This document shows positions 12,558 through 24,999 of a stretch of DNA of 64,000 nucleotides, in pieces. How positions within the stretch are numbered: the stretch's first letter is position 1; each line of letters starts with the position of its first letter. A program made the translations under genes and the position numbers. Where the stretch lies: NCBI GenBank assembly GCA_030390025.1, contig JASTWF010000327.1, positions 186,001-250,000 of the forward strand, read 5' to 3'. The notes beneath the pieces were generated by a model, which saw only the letters and a list, made by a program, of their open reading frames with translations, was not told where the DNA came from and searched no databases. Origin of the DNA: Squalus acanthias (taxonomy: Eukaryota).

Positions 12558-13854
12558 ACCTTAGAGGCTGTGTAAAGATCCCTCTGTGCATGATAAGAAG
12601 GCTGTGATTCTGTAATTATTTACCGAGGAGATCCCCCTTATCCACATGCCCGACTATCCACCAGAATTTTCACAGGGATAAACCCTGCAAGAGACTTAAC
12701 TGCATTTACAATAATCTCCCATCTGATATAAACTATCCCTAGTCACTGACACCAATCTCCAGTGTATGTCAGACTGAAGTTGTTTACAATCCTCATGAGC
12801 TTTTACGCTATTCCTAGTTGAGTTCAAGATCTCCAATGAAACACTCCACACACCTTAATCCCCTGAGCACAGGATTTATTTTCAAGATGTAGATTCTACA
12901 ATAATACAATTCATATACTAAATGAGTGCAAAATATTCACATGGGAGATTCTACAAAGGAATACTTTCTGTAATATTCATACAATATTTTAGTTATATAG
13001 CAAGACTCATAATCTAACGAGCTGTATCCATGAACTCAGACTTTGGTAATTGCCAAGCCTGTGAGGCACGAAAGGATGTTCGACTCTTTTAAAAGGCCAA
13101 TTAGAATGTCATTGTCATCAATCGATGTCACATTACCCAGAGAGCCCCCTTTTTAAAGGGGCACAAACAATCAACTCCAAATTATAATTAAATCAGATCC
13201 GAATACTGTTGCTGGTGTTGACAATTGACTCCAGTCCCTCCGGTGCCCACCGGTCACGGAAGGCCTCCAGCGTCCCGGCGGACACCGCGTGCTCCCTCTC
13301 CAGGGACAGCCCGAAGGATGTTCCACCTTGGCTGTAGCCGTCAGCTTTCTTCTTCCCGGGGTGCTCTCTGACCTAAGCTGCAAACTGCTCCTGTATTTAA
13401 AGCCCAATCAGGTACAGCCCATGTGACCCTGGTTACCTCGGCCAATCAAACCATTGAGCTGAAAGACATTTATCAAACAAAGCATTCCATTGGATGGCTG
13501 TTTAGGGTTCATCGAGTAACCGCTTCCTGTTCATTGGAGCTACGAGGAATCTGCGAGTCAGAACAATGTCAGAGTTTGCTTTTACTGGGGCATTTCAAGA
13601 AACAAATGGCCTTCACGGTTCCGCTCAGTCCACACAGGCAGAGTTCTCAGCTCTGCTGGTTCTGTTCACACGAGGTCTGTTTCAGCTTAAAAGGGATAAT
13701 TAGAGCCTGTTCTGTCTGAGGTGATTACAAGCTAATAGTTCACTAGACACGGGTCTTTAATACAAAGTCCACTAATATTAAACATACATGTATATAAAAC
13801 AAGGAAGACTTTACTTTTATGACTCTACTTCATGTTAAATCTGATCTTCTAATA

Positions 13855-14690
13855 CAACCCAGCTTTCTTACCGTCCACTCCTGGAGGCCCCACTCCCTGA
13901 GCCTACAACCTTCAGCAGGGTCAGTGGTGGGGTTCCACAGTGGGAGTGATCCCAGAGTAACTGTCGGAAATCGCACCCCCCGTGGATGTTCCGGGTCGTG
14001 TATTTTTAGTTATCCTGGTGTCTAACACACACACATCAATAAAACAGGGAATTCCTGGAAACACGCTGCAGGTCCTTCTTTATCTGGAGATCAAATGTCT
14101 GTTGTAGAATTGTACCAGCAGTTAACAGGCTCCTGTGAACTCCTCCCTCTGCTATTTTAATGCAGATTTGAACCAATTTATTTTAAACGGTTGTAATTTA
14201 AATGGGTTAACACCTGCCTTAAAATGGTAGACTCAGGGCTGTCACACAAACACATTAAATCTTTGTGGAATAATTACCAGAGTCATTTTTTAGACTAGAA
14301 ACATAAACCTGTTTCACTTTCAGTCAGGAACAGATTGCAGTTTGACACCAATCTCTGATTTGACAGCACGTTCCCAGCATTCACCGTTCTTCCTGACTCT
14401 AAACACAGTTGTAAAGGAGCCTTCTGTTCCGTGCCTAGGAGTTCTGAACCATGGCAGAGAGCGGCTGGGACACATTTCTTACAGGCCTCGAGATTAACCC
14501 GCACGGGGACTTTGCTGTCGGTGAAGAGAGACGAGAAAGACCAAAGTGCCGTTTGCCCCTCTCAGTGTGGCCCTGAAGGACTGTGTCCAGGCTGAAGTTC
14601 TGTTCCCGCCGTACGATCCTCCCCCAGATTGTCCTTTCTGAGCTCCAGCCAGGTGATGCTAAACACTCAGGTGGGAAAGACAAAAATCTA
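13855..14690 (-). repeat. ~830-bp dispersed block (3'-flank module 2), copy 1
   Basis: Reverse complement of 25000-25840 and 55548-56310; lies 3' of ZNF-B. Confidence 0.9.
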
Positions 14691-14729
14691 CAACGTGTTT
14701 GAAGCAAAGCTGATTTATTTGACATCTAC

Positions 14730-15045
14730 AAAAGAAAGACTTGTATTTCTATCGCGTCTTTCATGACCTTAGGACATCCCAAAGCGCTTTACAGGCAATG
14801 AAATACTTTTGAAGTGTAGTCACTGTTGTAAAGTAGCAAATGTGGCAGCCAATTTGCATACAACAAGCTCCTACAAAAATCAACGTGATAATGACCAGGT
14901 AATCTTGTTTTTTTTGTTATGTTGATTGAAGGAGAAATATTGGCCAGGACACCGGGGATAACTCCCCTGCTCTTCTTCAAAATAGTGCCATGGGATATTT
15001 TACGTCCAGCTGAGAGAGCAGACGGGGCCTCGGTTTAATGTCTCC
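14730..15045 (-). mobile_element. Deu-domain SINE (SacSINE1-like), 5'-truncated
   Basis: Same sequence as the 3' two-thirds of 19481-19950, including Deu-like core (rc aaaccgaggcccc...tcccatggcactatt...tgtcctggccaatattt). Confidence 0.8.
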
Positions 15046-15178
15046 AGAATATTAATCTCCAGCCCAGTTATTGGGGTTATTAACACCAGCAGAAACAAAC
15101 CCCAACTGTCAGAATGAACATGGTTCAGTCCTGGATGTGATTAACAGCAGCAATAACAGCAGAATCCAACCCCTGCAG

Positions 15179-15964
15179 TCACTTGTGAACTCGCTGGTGT
15201 TTCAGCAGGTTGGATGAATCAGTGAATCTCTTCCCACACACGGAGCAGGTGAACGGCCTCTCCCCAGTGTGAACTCGCTGATGTTTCAGTAGTTGGGATG
15301 AATGGGCGAATCCCTTCCCACACACGGAGCAGGTGAACGGCTTCTCCCCAGTGTGAACTCGCTGGTGTGTCAGCAGATCCTTTTTGCATTTAAAGCTCTT
15401 CTCACAGTCAGAACATTTAAAAGGTCTCTTATCAGTGTGAACAAGTTGGTGTTTAGTGAGCTGGGATGACTGAGTGAATCCCTTCCCACACACGGAGCAG
15501 ATGAACGGCCTCTCCCCAGTGTGAGTGCGCTGGTGTACAGTGAGGTCAGATGATCGCCTGAACCCAGTCCCGCAGTGAGAGCACCTGAACGGTCTCTCGT
15601 CAGTGTGAACACGTTGATGGCACGTCAGTTCCCCGGAACTTTTATAGCACTTCCCGCAGTCCGGGCATTTAAAAGGTCTCTTGTCAGTGTGAACTCGCCG
15701 GTGCTTCAGCAGGGCAGAGGAATGAGTGCATCCCTTCCCACACTCAGGGCAGGTGAACAGTGTCTCCCCAGTGTGACTGCGTCGATGAATTTCCAGCTCA
15801 AACGGGTAACTGAATCCCTTCCCACAGTCTCCACATTTACACGGTTTCTCCCCGGTGTGACTGCGCTTGTGTCTCGACAGGCCAGATGATCTACTGAATC
15901 CTCGTCCACACACAGAACACGTGTACGGTTTCTCCCCGCTGTGAACGGTGCTTTTTGCTTCCAT
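15179..15964 (-). CDS. ZNF-B: intact C2H2 zinc-finger protein, 9 fingers, 261 aa (type-2 head [13 protein letters not shown])
   Basis: Uninterrupted ORF from ATG 15964 to TGA 15179; splice acceptor ends at 16069; conserved 3' UTR follows. Confidence 0.88.
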   Translation of the reverse strand: MEAKSTVHSGEKPYTCSVCGRGFSRSSGLSRHKRSHTGEKPCKCGDCGKGFSYPFELEIHRRSHTGETLFTCPECGKGCTHSSALLKHRRVHTDKRPFKCPDCGKCYKSSGELTCHQRVHTDERPFRCSHCGTGFRRSSDLTVHQRTHTGERPFICSVCGKGFTQSSQLTKHQLVHTDKRPFKCSDCEKSFKCKKDLLTHQRVHTGEKPFTCSVCGKGFAHSSQLLKHQRVHTGERPFTCSVCGKRFTDSSNLLKHQRVHK

Positions 15965-16430
15965 GTTCAAAGGCTGATGATATTCAGGAATAATTGAGCG
16001 AATGTGTCAGATCTTGATGCGATATTTGGTTTGCGTTTCCTGTCTGCAAATCCTCCCTTTCTAATACTCTGTAAAATGAATTTAAAACAGGAAAAAGGGA
16101 GCGTGAGAGAGAACCCACAAAAACACAAAGGCAGTTTGTGAAATTGAGCTCAATGAACCTGGTAAGTTGTGGGGCCGGCAGCAGAAACAAGTGACCATGA
16201 AAGCTGTCGTAAAAACCCAACTAGTTCACTAATGTTCTTCAGGGTAGGGAATCCGCCACCTCGTCTGGGCCTACACAAGACTATGGCCTCTATAGGAGGA
16301 GAGTGAGAGGCGGGAGGTGGAGGGGGCGAAGAAGAGGGGATTTATACATTTGAACCTCCAAAACACGCAACTTCCGCCACCTAGAAGGGCAAGAGAAGCA
16401 GGTGCATGGGAACACTATCGCCTCCAAGTT

Positions 16431-17440
16431 CATAGAATCATAGAAAGTTACAGCACGGAAGGAGGCCATTTCGGCCCATCGTGTCCGCGCCGGCCAACAA
16501 AGAGCTATCCAGCCTAATCCCACTTCCCAGCTCTTGGTCCGTAGCCCTGCAGGTTAGAGCATCCCAAGTGCACATCCAAGTACTTTTTAAATGTGGTTAG
16601 GGTTCCTGCCTCTACCACCCTTTCAGGCAGTGAGTTCCAGACCCCCACAACCCTCTGGGTGAAGAAATTTCCCCTCAAATCCCCTCTAAACCTTCCCCCA
16701 ATTACTTTAAATCTGTGCCCCCTGGTTTTTGACCCCTCTGCTAAGGGAAATAGGTCCTTTCTATCCACTTTATCTATGCCCCTCATAATTTTACACACCT
16801 CAATAAGGTCTCCCCTCAGCCTCCTCTGTTCCAAGGAAAACAGACCCAGCCTATCCAGTCTTTCCTCATAGCTAAGATTCTCTACTCCCGGCAACATCCT
16901 TGTAAATCTCCTCTGTACCCTCTCTAGTGCAATCACATCTTTCCTGTAATGTGGTGACCAGAACTGCACGCAGTACTCTAGCTGAGGCCTAACTAGTGTT
17001 TTATACAGTTGAAGCATAACCCCCCTGCTCTTGTATTCTATGCCACGGCTAATAAAGGCAAGCATTCCGTATGCCTTCTTAACCACCTTATTTACCTGGC
17101 CTGCTACCTTCAGGGATCTGTGGACATGCACTCCAAGGTCCCTTTGTTCCTCTACACTACTCAGTGTCCTACCATTTAATGTGTATTCCCTTTCCTTGTT
17201 AGCCCTCCCCAAATGCATTACCTCACACTTCTCCGGATTGAATTCCATTTGCCACTGTTCTGCCCACCTGACCAATTTATTGATATTGATATCTTCCTGC
17301 AGTCTACAGCTTCCTTCTTCAGTATCAACCAGACAGCTGATTTTAGTATCATCTGCAAACTTCTTAATCATACCCCCTATATTCAAGTCAAGATCGTTGA
17401 TATATACCACAAAAAGCAAGGGACCTAGTACTGAGCCAGG
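16431..17440 (-). mobile_element. CR1-clade LINE 3' fragment with open RT C-terminus
   Basis: ORF 16514..17458 with GSVLGPLLF and KFADD; (ttctatga)-type tail at 16431. Confidence 0.93.
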
Positions 17441-18017
17441 GTATTGGTGAGACCACACCTGGAGTACTGCGTACAGTTTTGGTCTCCTTATTTAAGGAGG
17501 GACATACTTGCATTGGAGGCAGTTCAGAGAAGGTTCACAAGGTTGATTCCTGAGATGAAGGGGTTGACTTATGAGGAAAGGTTGAGCAGGTTGGGCCTAT
17601 ACTCATTGGAGTTTAGAAGAATGAGAGGTGATCTTATTGAAACATATAAGATACTGAGGGGGCTCGACAGGGTAGATGCAGAGATGTTTCCCCTCGTGGG
17701 GAAATCTAGAACTCGGGGGCACAGTCTCAGAATAAAGGGTCGCCCTTTTAGAACTGAGATGAGGAGGAATTTCTTCTCTCAGAGGGTCGTAAATCTGTGG
17801 AATTCTCTGCCCCAGAGAGCTGTGGAGGCTGGGTCATTGAATATATTCAAGGTGGAGATAGACAGATTTTTGAACGATAAGGGAGTGAAGGGTTATGGGG
17901 AGCGGGCAGGGAAATGGAGCTGAGACCAAGATCAGATCAGCCATGATCTCATTGAATGGCGGAGCAGGCTCGAGGGGCCAAATGGCCGACTCCTGCTCCT
18001 ATTTCTTATGTTCTTAT
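17441..18017 (+). mobile_element. CR1-clade LINE 3' fragment (subfamily of 2035-3437)
   Basis: ORF 17444..17923; tail cctatttcttatgttctta. Confidence 0.92.
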
Positions 18018-19140
18018 ATCCTCCCTCCTCACAGCTGGAATTGATTCTTTAATCAATATTGCGACCCCCCCCTCCTTTTTTATCCCCCTCTCTATCTCGT
18101 CTGAAAACCCTGTAACCAGGAATGTTGAGCTGCCATTCCTGCCCTTCTTTCAGCCATGTCTCAGTAATAGCGATAATATCAGACTCCCACGTGTCTATCT
18201 GTGCCCTCAGCTCATCTGCTTTATTCCCCAGACTCCTTGTATTGAAGAATATACCATTAAACATTACCAAACTCCTTTGTTGTCTATTTTCTAGCCTTTT
18301 TTTCCCTCTGCCTTCCAAACTCACTCACTAATTTTCTGCCTTCCATTTCCAGCTTTGCTTCTCTCCCTTCTGAATCCACTCTCAGGTTCCCATCCCCCTG
18401 CCAGGCTAGTTTAAACCCTCCACAACAGCACTAGCAAACCCCCAGTGAGGATATTGGTCCCGGCCCTGTTGAGGTGTGACCCATCCGGCTTTTACAGGTC
18501 CCACCTCCCCCAGAAACGGTTCCAATGCCTCAGAAATCTAAAGCCCTCCCTCCTGCACCATCTCTCCAGCCACGCATTCACCTGCTCTATCCTCCTATTT
18601 CTGTACTCACTAGCACGTGGCACCGGGAGTAATCCGGAGATTACTACCTTTGAGGTCCTGCTTTTTACTCTCTTTCCTAGCTCCCTAAAATCTGCCTGCA
18701 GGACCTCATCCCTCTTTCTACCTATGTCGTTGGTACTGATGTGGACCATGATCTCTGGCTGTTCACCCTCCCCCCTCCGAATGTCCTGCAGCCGTTCAGT
18801 GACATCCTTGACCCTGGCACCAGGGAGGCAACATACCATCCTGGAATCACGTCTGCGGCCGCAGAAACGCCTGTCTATTCCCCTAACTATCGAATCCCCG
18901 ACCACTGTTGCTTTTCCACTCTTCTTCCTCCCCCCCTGTGCAGCTGAGCCACCCGTGGTGCCGTGGACTTGGCTCTGGCTGCACTCCCCAGAGGAACCAT
19001 CGCTCTCACCAGTACTCAGAACTGAATACTGGTTAGCGAGCGAGATGCACTCAGGGGACTCCTGCACTACCTGCCTGGTTCTGTCTGGCGGTCACCCATT
19101 CCCTCTCTGCCTGCAAACTTTTAAGCTGTGGGGTGACCAC
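18018..19140 (-). mobile_element. CR1-clade LINE internal fragment: ORF1 SGNH/GDSL esterase and start of ORF2 AP endonuclease
   Basis: ORF 18492..19067 has VVGDSIVRG, CLPGARV, HISTNDIG; ORF 18049..18324 has FNTRSL..KADEL and IAITETWL. Confidence 0.88.
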
Positions 19141-19480
19141 CTCCCCAGGTCTGTTCTAACAAGCTGCGACTACACTGGCGATATTTATATTTAACTTATT
19201 TACAACATTCGTGATCTGACCCTGCTCAAACCATAACCACAAGGATATCTGTGCATTGTTCTGACTGTGACCACAAGGCTGTGTCACTATCACACACACA
19301 CACCGTTTCCTTCTTTCACATCTCCATACACAGACCATCTCTTTACACATCCCCTTTCTACACAATTGCAGCCGACTTGAGCAAGGACGTGAGGCTCATT
19401 AAAAGACACTCATTTCATGACAGCAAAGGTTACACTGGGACAAATCTTCAGTCATTTTCATTACAGGCACAATGCAGAGT

Positions 19481-19950
19481 AAAGATGAGACTTGCATTTA
19501 TACAGCGTCTTTCATGACCTCAGGACGTCCCAAAACGCTTTACAGCCAATGAAGTACTTTTGAAGCATAGTCACTGTTGTAATGTAGGAAACACAGCAGC
19601 CAATTTGTGCACAGCAAGCTCCCACAAACAGCAATGTGATAATGACCAGATAATCTGTTTTATTTTAGCGATAAATATTGGCCAGGACACCAGAGATCAC
19701 TCCCATGCTCTTCTTCTCAATAGTGCCATGGGATCTTTTCCACCTGAGAGAGCAGACGGGGCCTCGGTTTAATGTCTCATCCGAAAGACGGCACTTCCGA
19801 CACTGCAGCACTTCCGACAGTGCCGCACTCCCTCAGTACTGCACAGGAGTGTCAGCCGAGATTCTTGTGCTCCAGTCTCTGGGGTGGGACTTGAACCCAC
19901 AACCTTCTGACTCAGAGGCGAGAGTGCTACCCACTGAGCCAAGGCTGATA
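19481..19950 (-). mobile_element. Deu-domain tRNA-derived SINE (SacSINE1-like), near full length
   Basis: Minus strand begins with tRNA-like A box (tggctcagtggg) and B box (ggttcaagtcc), followed by Deu-like core and 3' tail. Confidence 0.85.
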
Positions 19951-20369
19951 CAGCAGCACCTCAACAGTGCCTCATCACCCTGCAAGCTTCTCTTCAATAT
20001 ATTTGCTGAATAAATTTAAAACCAGGCTCTGAGGCGTGATGCTCTATTCACACATCGAAGGTGAGAGGTGCTGTGGGACACACGCTAAGTCCAGTAGCTG
20101 AAAGTGATTAACAGACTGGGTTTTGTGTTTAGTGATCCCGGGCGTGTTACCGATACCTTCCCTGGATACCAAGGCTGGGAGAGGCACTCTGGAAGGTTTG
20201 GCGAGCTGGGACTTGTCCATGAGAACAACTGAAGAGTTCGAAAGGAGAAAAGGTCCCAAAATGGAACAGTCAGTAACAGGTAATCAATTAGTCTTTTATC
20301 TTGGAGAAATAACAAACACAACACAGTGTGTGTTTACACCAAAAGTGCTTTCGTTAAGCTACTTCATTA

Positions 20370-20648
20370 AATAAATTTAAAACAGAAATAGACCGTTTCC
20401 TAGAAGTAAAGGGAATTAGGGGTTACGGGGAGCGGGCTGGAAATTGGACATGAGTTTGAGTTCGGATCGGTCAAGGCCCTGTGAGTGGCGGAGCGGGCCC
20501 AGGGGCCAAGTGGCCTGGTCCTGCTCCTACTTCTTGTGTTCTTTAGAGTTGAGGTTGGACCAGATCAGCCATGATCTCATTGAATGGCGGAGCAGGCTCG
20601 AGGGGCCGATTGGTCTACTCCTGCTCCTATTTCTTATGTTCTTATGTT
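20370..20648 (+). mobile_element. CR1 extreme 3' end with two tandem 3'-UTR motifs
   Basis: ggcggagc..ggccaagtggcc..cctgctcctacttctt followed by a second ggcggagcaggctcg..cctgctcctatttcttatgttc. Confidence 0.8.
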
Positions 20649-20751
20649 AACATATATCCAGAAACTTAAACTCCAGCCCAGTTATAGGGGTTAATAACAT
20701 CGGTAGATACAAACAAAAGATGTGATTAACAGCAGAATCCAACCCCTGCAG

Positions 20752-22038
20752 TCACTTATGAACTTGCTGGTGTCTCACCAGGTGAGATGATCGAGTGAAT
20801 CCCTTCCCACACACGGAACAGGTGAAAGGCCTCTCCCTAGTGTGAACTCGCTGGTGTCTCAGCAGGTTGGATGACTGAGTGAATTCCTTCCCACACACGG
20901 AGCAGGTGAACAGCCTCTCTCCACTGTGAGTGCGTTGGTGGGCCTGGAGACTGGATGACAGAGTGAATCCCTTCCCACAGACAGAGCAGGTGAATGGCCT
21001 CTCCCCAGTGTGAACCCGTTGGTGTGTCAGCAGATCCTTTGCGCTTTTAAAGCTCTTCTCACAGTCAGCACATTTAAAAGCTCTATCAAGGTGAACAAGT
21101 TGGTGTGTCAGCAGGTGGGATGATTTAGTGAATCCCTTCCCACACACGGAGCAGGTGAACGGCCTCTCCCCAGTATGAACCGTTGGTGTGTCTGGAGATT
21201 GGATGACTGCGTAAATCCCTTCCCACACACGGAGCAGGTGAATATCCTCTCCCCAGTGTGAACCCGCTGGTGCGTTCGAAGATTGGATGCATGAGTGAAT
21301 CCCTTCCCACATACAGAACAGGTAAACGGCCTCTCCCCAGTGTGAACTCGCTGGTGTTGAATGAGGTGAGATGACTGCCTGAAGCTCTTCTCGCAGTGAG
21401 TGCAACTGAACGGTCTCTCGTCAGTGTGAACAAGCTGATGTTTAATAAAATCTGCAGAGAGTTTGAAGCATTTCCCACAGTCAGAGCATTTAAAAGGTCT
21501 CTCGTCAGTGTGAACTCGTTGGTGTAACTGGAGGCTGGACGACTGAGCGAACCCCTTCCCACACACAGAGCAGGTGAATGGCCTCTCCCCGGTGTGACTG
21601 CGTCGATGAGTTTTCAGCTCAGACGGGTAATTGAATCCCTTCCCACAGTCCCCACATTTCCACGGTTTCTCCATGGTGCGGGTGTCCTTGTGACTCTCCA
21701 GGTTGGACGATCAGTTGAAGCCTCGTCCACACACAGAACACGTGTACGGTTTCTCCCCACTGTGAATGGTGCGATGTTTTTTCAGGCTGTGTAACTGGTT
21801 AAAGCTCTTTCCACAGTCAGTGCACTGGAACACTCTCACTCGGGTGTGTGTGTCTCGGTGCTTTTCCAGTCACACTGATGTTCGAAATCTTTTCCCACAG
21901 ACAGAACAGACAAACATTTCTCCTTCCACATTCAGAGGCCGATGATATTCGGGTCCTGATGAATGGAGTGACTCTGTCAGATCTTGATGTGATGTTTGGT
22001 CTGAGTTTGCGGTGTGTAAATGCTGCCCTTCTCACAGC
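20752..22038 (-). pseudogene. ZNF-C: C2H2 array (~11 fingers), ATG at 21674, 1-nt deletion near 21180
   Basis: ORFs 21108..21674 (MEKPWKC) and 20752..21405 join by a frameshift; upstream TGA at 21870-21872 and 21711-21713. Confidence 0.85.
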
Positions 22039-22109
22039 CTGTAAAAGGAGTTTCCAAAAGCCATGACTGTGAGTCCAGGATAGAAATTGACAAGATTCTC
22101 TCCTCCTGG

Positions 22110-22720
22110 TTCCTGGCCAAGGGGGCCGCGCATGCGCCCTGCTGCCCCCTGAGCCTGTCAAGATGGCGGCCGTTAACCCGGGCCTGTCACCGGGAGAAAG
22201 CCCCGCAGCTGCCGCCCCGCTCGGGGCAAACGCCCGGCCCGGAGGCTCTTGTTCGGGGCCTGAGGCCCACCCCGGGTGTTTGTGAAGCGGATAATGTTGA
22301 GTGTTTTAATAATGGGGCCTGGGGCCGCACTCGGGGTGTGTGCAGCCCGCGTCCCCCCGGGGTTTATTAACCCGCTCCCTGAGCTCTCTCACCTGATGTG
22401 TCAGTGGCTGCTGCCAAGGTCCGCGCATGCTCAGCTCACCTTCTGTTGTTCAGGTTTAAAGGTCAAGCCCCGCCCCTCACACACTCTGATTGGTTGGAGG
22501 ACCCGTCGCCCGCTCGGTCCTCCAGTCCCGCCCCACTCTTCCTATTGGTCCGGAGCTCCCGTCAATCACCCGTGCAGTGTGAGCTGAGCATGCGCGGAAA
22601 TGACCAGCCAGGACACAGCAGAGCCGCCAATCCAGAGCCGGCTTGTATCAGGGCGGGCGCTGGATGCGGAAGTCGGTCCCTGGCCGCCTGTGTTGGTCTT
22701 TTTGTTGCTTCAGTTTGAGC
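22110..22720. promoter_or_regulatory. Bidirectional CpG-island promoter between head-to-head ZNF-C (-) and ZNF-D (+)
   Basis: NRF1 22128-22137, YY1 22160-22170, NRF1-type sites in inverted repeats 22421-22439 and 22579-22597, two ATTGG boxes, GC boxes, CGGAAGT ETS site near 22667. Confidence 0.8.
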
Positions 22721-22929
22721 TGGAGTGGAGATGGAGGAGAAGCTGCTGGGTTTAACCCCCAGTACTTCTGAGCCCAGGAGGACCCAACAATTTCCAATGT
22801 GAGACTGTCAAGGGAGGTGGATTCTGGGGGAGATTAGGTTGTTAAACAGACACAGTCCCTACAATGTAAGACTATTGTTTTAGGAACAAGTATTTCTGTG
22901 GAGGCTTTTAATCCATTTTACATATGCAG

Positions 22930-23240
22930 ATTTTTTGAATTCATTCGTAGGGTGTGGGCGTCGCGAGTAAGGCCAGCATATATTGTCAATCCCCAGTTGC
23001 CCGGTGGGAAGGTGATGGTGGGCCTTCTTCATGAACCGCTGCAGTCCGTGTGGTGAAGGTGCTCCCACAATGCTGCCAGGCAAGGAATTCCAGGATTTTC
23101 ACCCAGCGACGACGTAGGAATGACAATATATATCCAAGTCAGGATGGTGTGTGACTTGGAGGTGATGCTGTTCCCATGCACCCTGTCCTTCAAGGTGGTA
23201 GAGGTTGCGGGTTTGGGAGGTTCTGTCAAAGTTCTGGTCG
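22930..23240 (-). mobile_element. 3' fragment of the CR1/L2-type LINE family seen at 43790-46185
   Basis: Reverse complement matches 45880-46170 (gcatgggaaca..caccatcctgacttgga..cacggactgcagcggttca). Confidence 0.8.
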
Positions 23241-23651
23241 AGTTGCAGATGTATAAAATCCCTCGCCTTCACCCCCGCCCACCTCTCTCTCTTCCCATAG
23301 AGTCCACTGAAGGACATTAGTGAACCAGTTGGGTTTTTCTGACAATCTCAGAGTCATAATGGCACAGAAAAAGGCCATTTGGTCCATCGAGTCCGTGCCG
23401 GCTCTCTGTAGAGCAATCCAGTCAGTCCCATTCTCCTGCTCTATCCCCGTAGCCCTGCAAGTTTATTTCCCTCAAGTGCCTATCCAGTCTCCCCTTGAAA
23501 ACATTGAGTGTCTCCGCTTTTATTTGGCACCTTTCATACTGCCGGCCCCACAAATGACCAGATTCATTGAGCTCAATTTCACAACCTGCCTTTGTGTTTT
23601 TGTGGGTTCTCTCTCACGCTCCCTTTTTCCTGTTTTAAACTTATTTTACAG

Positions 23652-24827
23652 GGTATTAGAAGAATAGGATTTGCAGACGGGGAACTCAAACCAAACATCA
23701 CTTCAAGATCTGACAGAGTCACTCGATTCATCAGGATCTGAACATCATCACCCTTTGATCATGGAAGCAAAAAGCACCATTCACAGCGGGGAGAAACCGT
23801 ACATGTGTTCTGTGTGTGGACAAGGATTCAGCCGAGCATCTGGCCTGTCGAGACACAAGCGCATTCACACCAGGGAGAGGCCGTTCACCTGCTCCGTTTG
23901 CGGGAAAGGATTCACATGTTCATCCCACCTGCTGACACACCAGTGAGTTCACACTGGAGAGAGGCCGTTCACCTGCTCCGTGTGTGGGAAGGGATTCACT
24001 AATTCATCCAATCTGCTGCAACACTGGCAGGTTCACACTGCTGAGAGACCTTTTAAATGCCCAGACTGCGGGAAGTGCTATAAAAGTTCTGGGAAACTGA
24101 TGTGCCATCAACGTGTTCACACTGACAAGAGACCGTTCAGGTGCTCTCACTGCGGGACTGGGTTCAGGCGATCATCTGACCTCACTGTACACCAGCGCAC
24201 TCACACTGGGGAGAGGCCGTTCACCTGCTCCGTCTGTGGGAGAGGCCATTCACCTGCTCCGTCTGTGGGAAGCGATTCACTCGTTCATCCACCCTGCTGA
24301 CACACCAGCTTGTTCACACTGATAAGAGACCTTTTAAATGTTCTGACTGTGAGAAGAGATTTAAAAGAAAAAAGGATCTGCTGAGACACCAGCGAGTTCA
24401 CTCTGGGGAGAGGCCATTCACCTGCTCCATGTGTGGGAAGGGATTCATTCAGTCATCCGATCTGTTGAAACACCAGCAAGTTCACTCTGGGGTGAGACTG
24501 TTCACCTGCTCCGTGTGTGGGAAGGGATTCAGTCGTTCATCCCACCTGCTGACACACCAGCGAGTTCACACTGGGGAGAGACCTTTTAAATGTTCTGACT
24601 GTGAGAAGAGATTTAAAAGAAAAAAGGATCTGCTGAGACACCAGCGAGTTCACTCTGGGGAGAGGCCGTTCACCTGCTCCGTGTGTGGGAAGGGATTTAC
24701 TCAGTCATCCGACCTGCTGAGACACCAGCATGTTCACACTGGGGAGAGGCCGTTCACCTGCTCCGTGTGTGGGAAGGGATTCACTCAGCCATCCAACCTG
24801 CTGAGACACCAGCGAGTTCACAAGTGA
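23652..24827 (+). pseudogene. ZNF-D: type-2 C2H2 array, disrupted
   Basis: ATG 23761 (MEAKST); premature TGA 23944-23946; 29-bp tandem duplication 24211-24268 shifts frame; final ORF 24429..24827. Confidence 0.88.
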
Positions 24828-24999
24828 CTGCAGGGGTTGGATTCTGCTGTTATTGCTGCTGTTAATCACATCCAGGACTGAACCATGTTCATTCTGACAG
24901 TTGGGGTTTGTTTCTGCTGATGTTAATAACCCTATAACTGGGCTGGAGTTTAATATTCTGGATAGATGTCAAATAAATCAGCTTTGTTTTAAACACATT

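Noticed and set aside
12590..13855. Possible LTR or other transposon fragment
   Set aside because: No second copy, termini or coding motif could be established in this window
19880..19950. tRNA gene
   Set aside because: A/B boxes are the head of a SINE and run directly into the Deu-like body
24825..24980. SECIS element explaining the in-frame UGAs
   Set aside because: No convincing AUGA..AA..GA core found by eye; needs a covariance search, so not claimed
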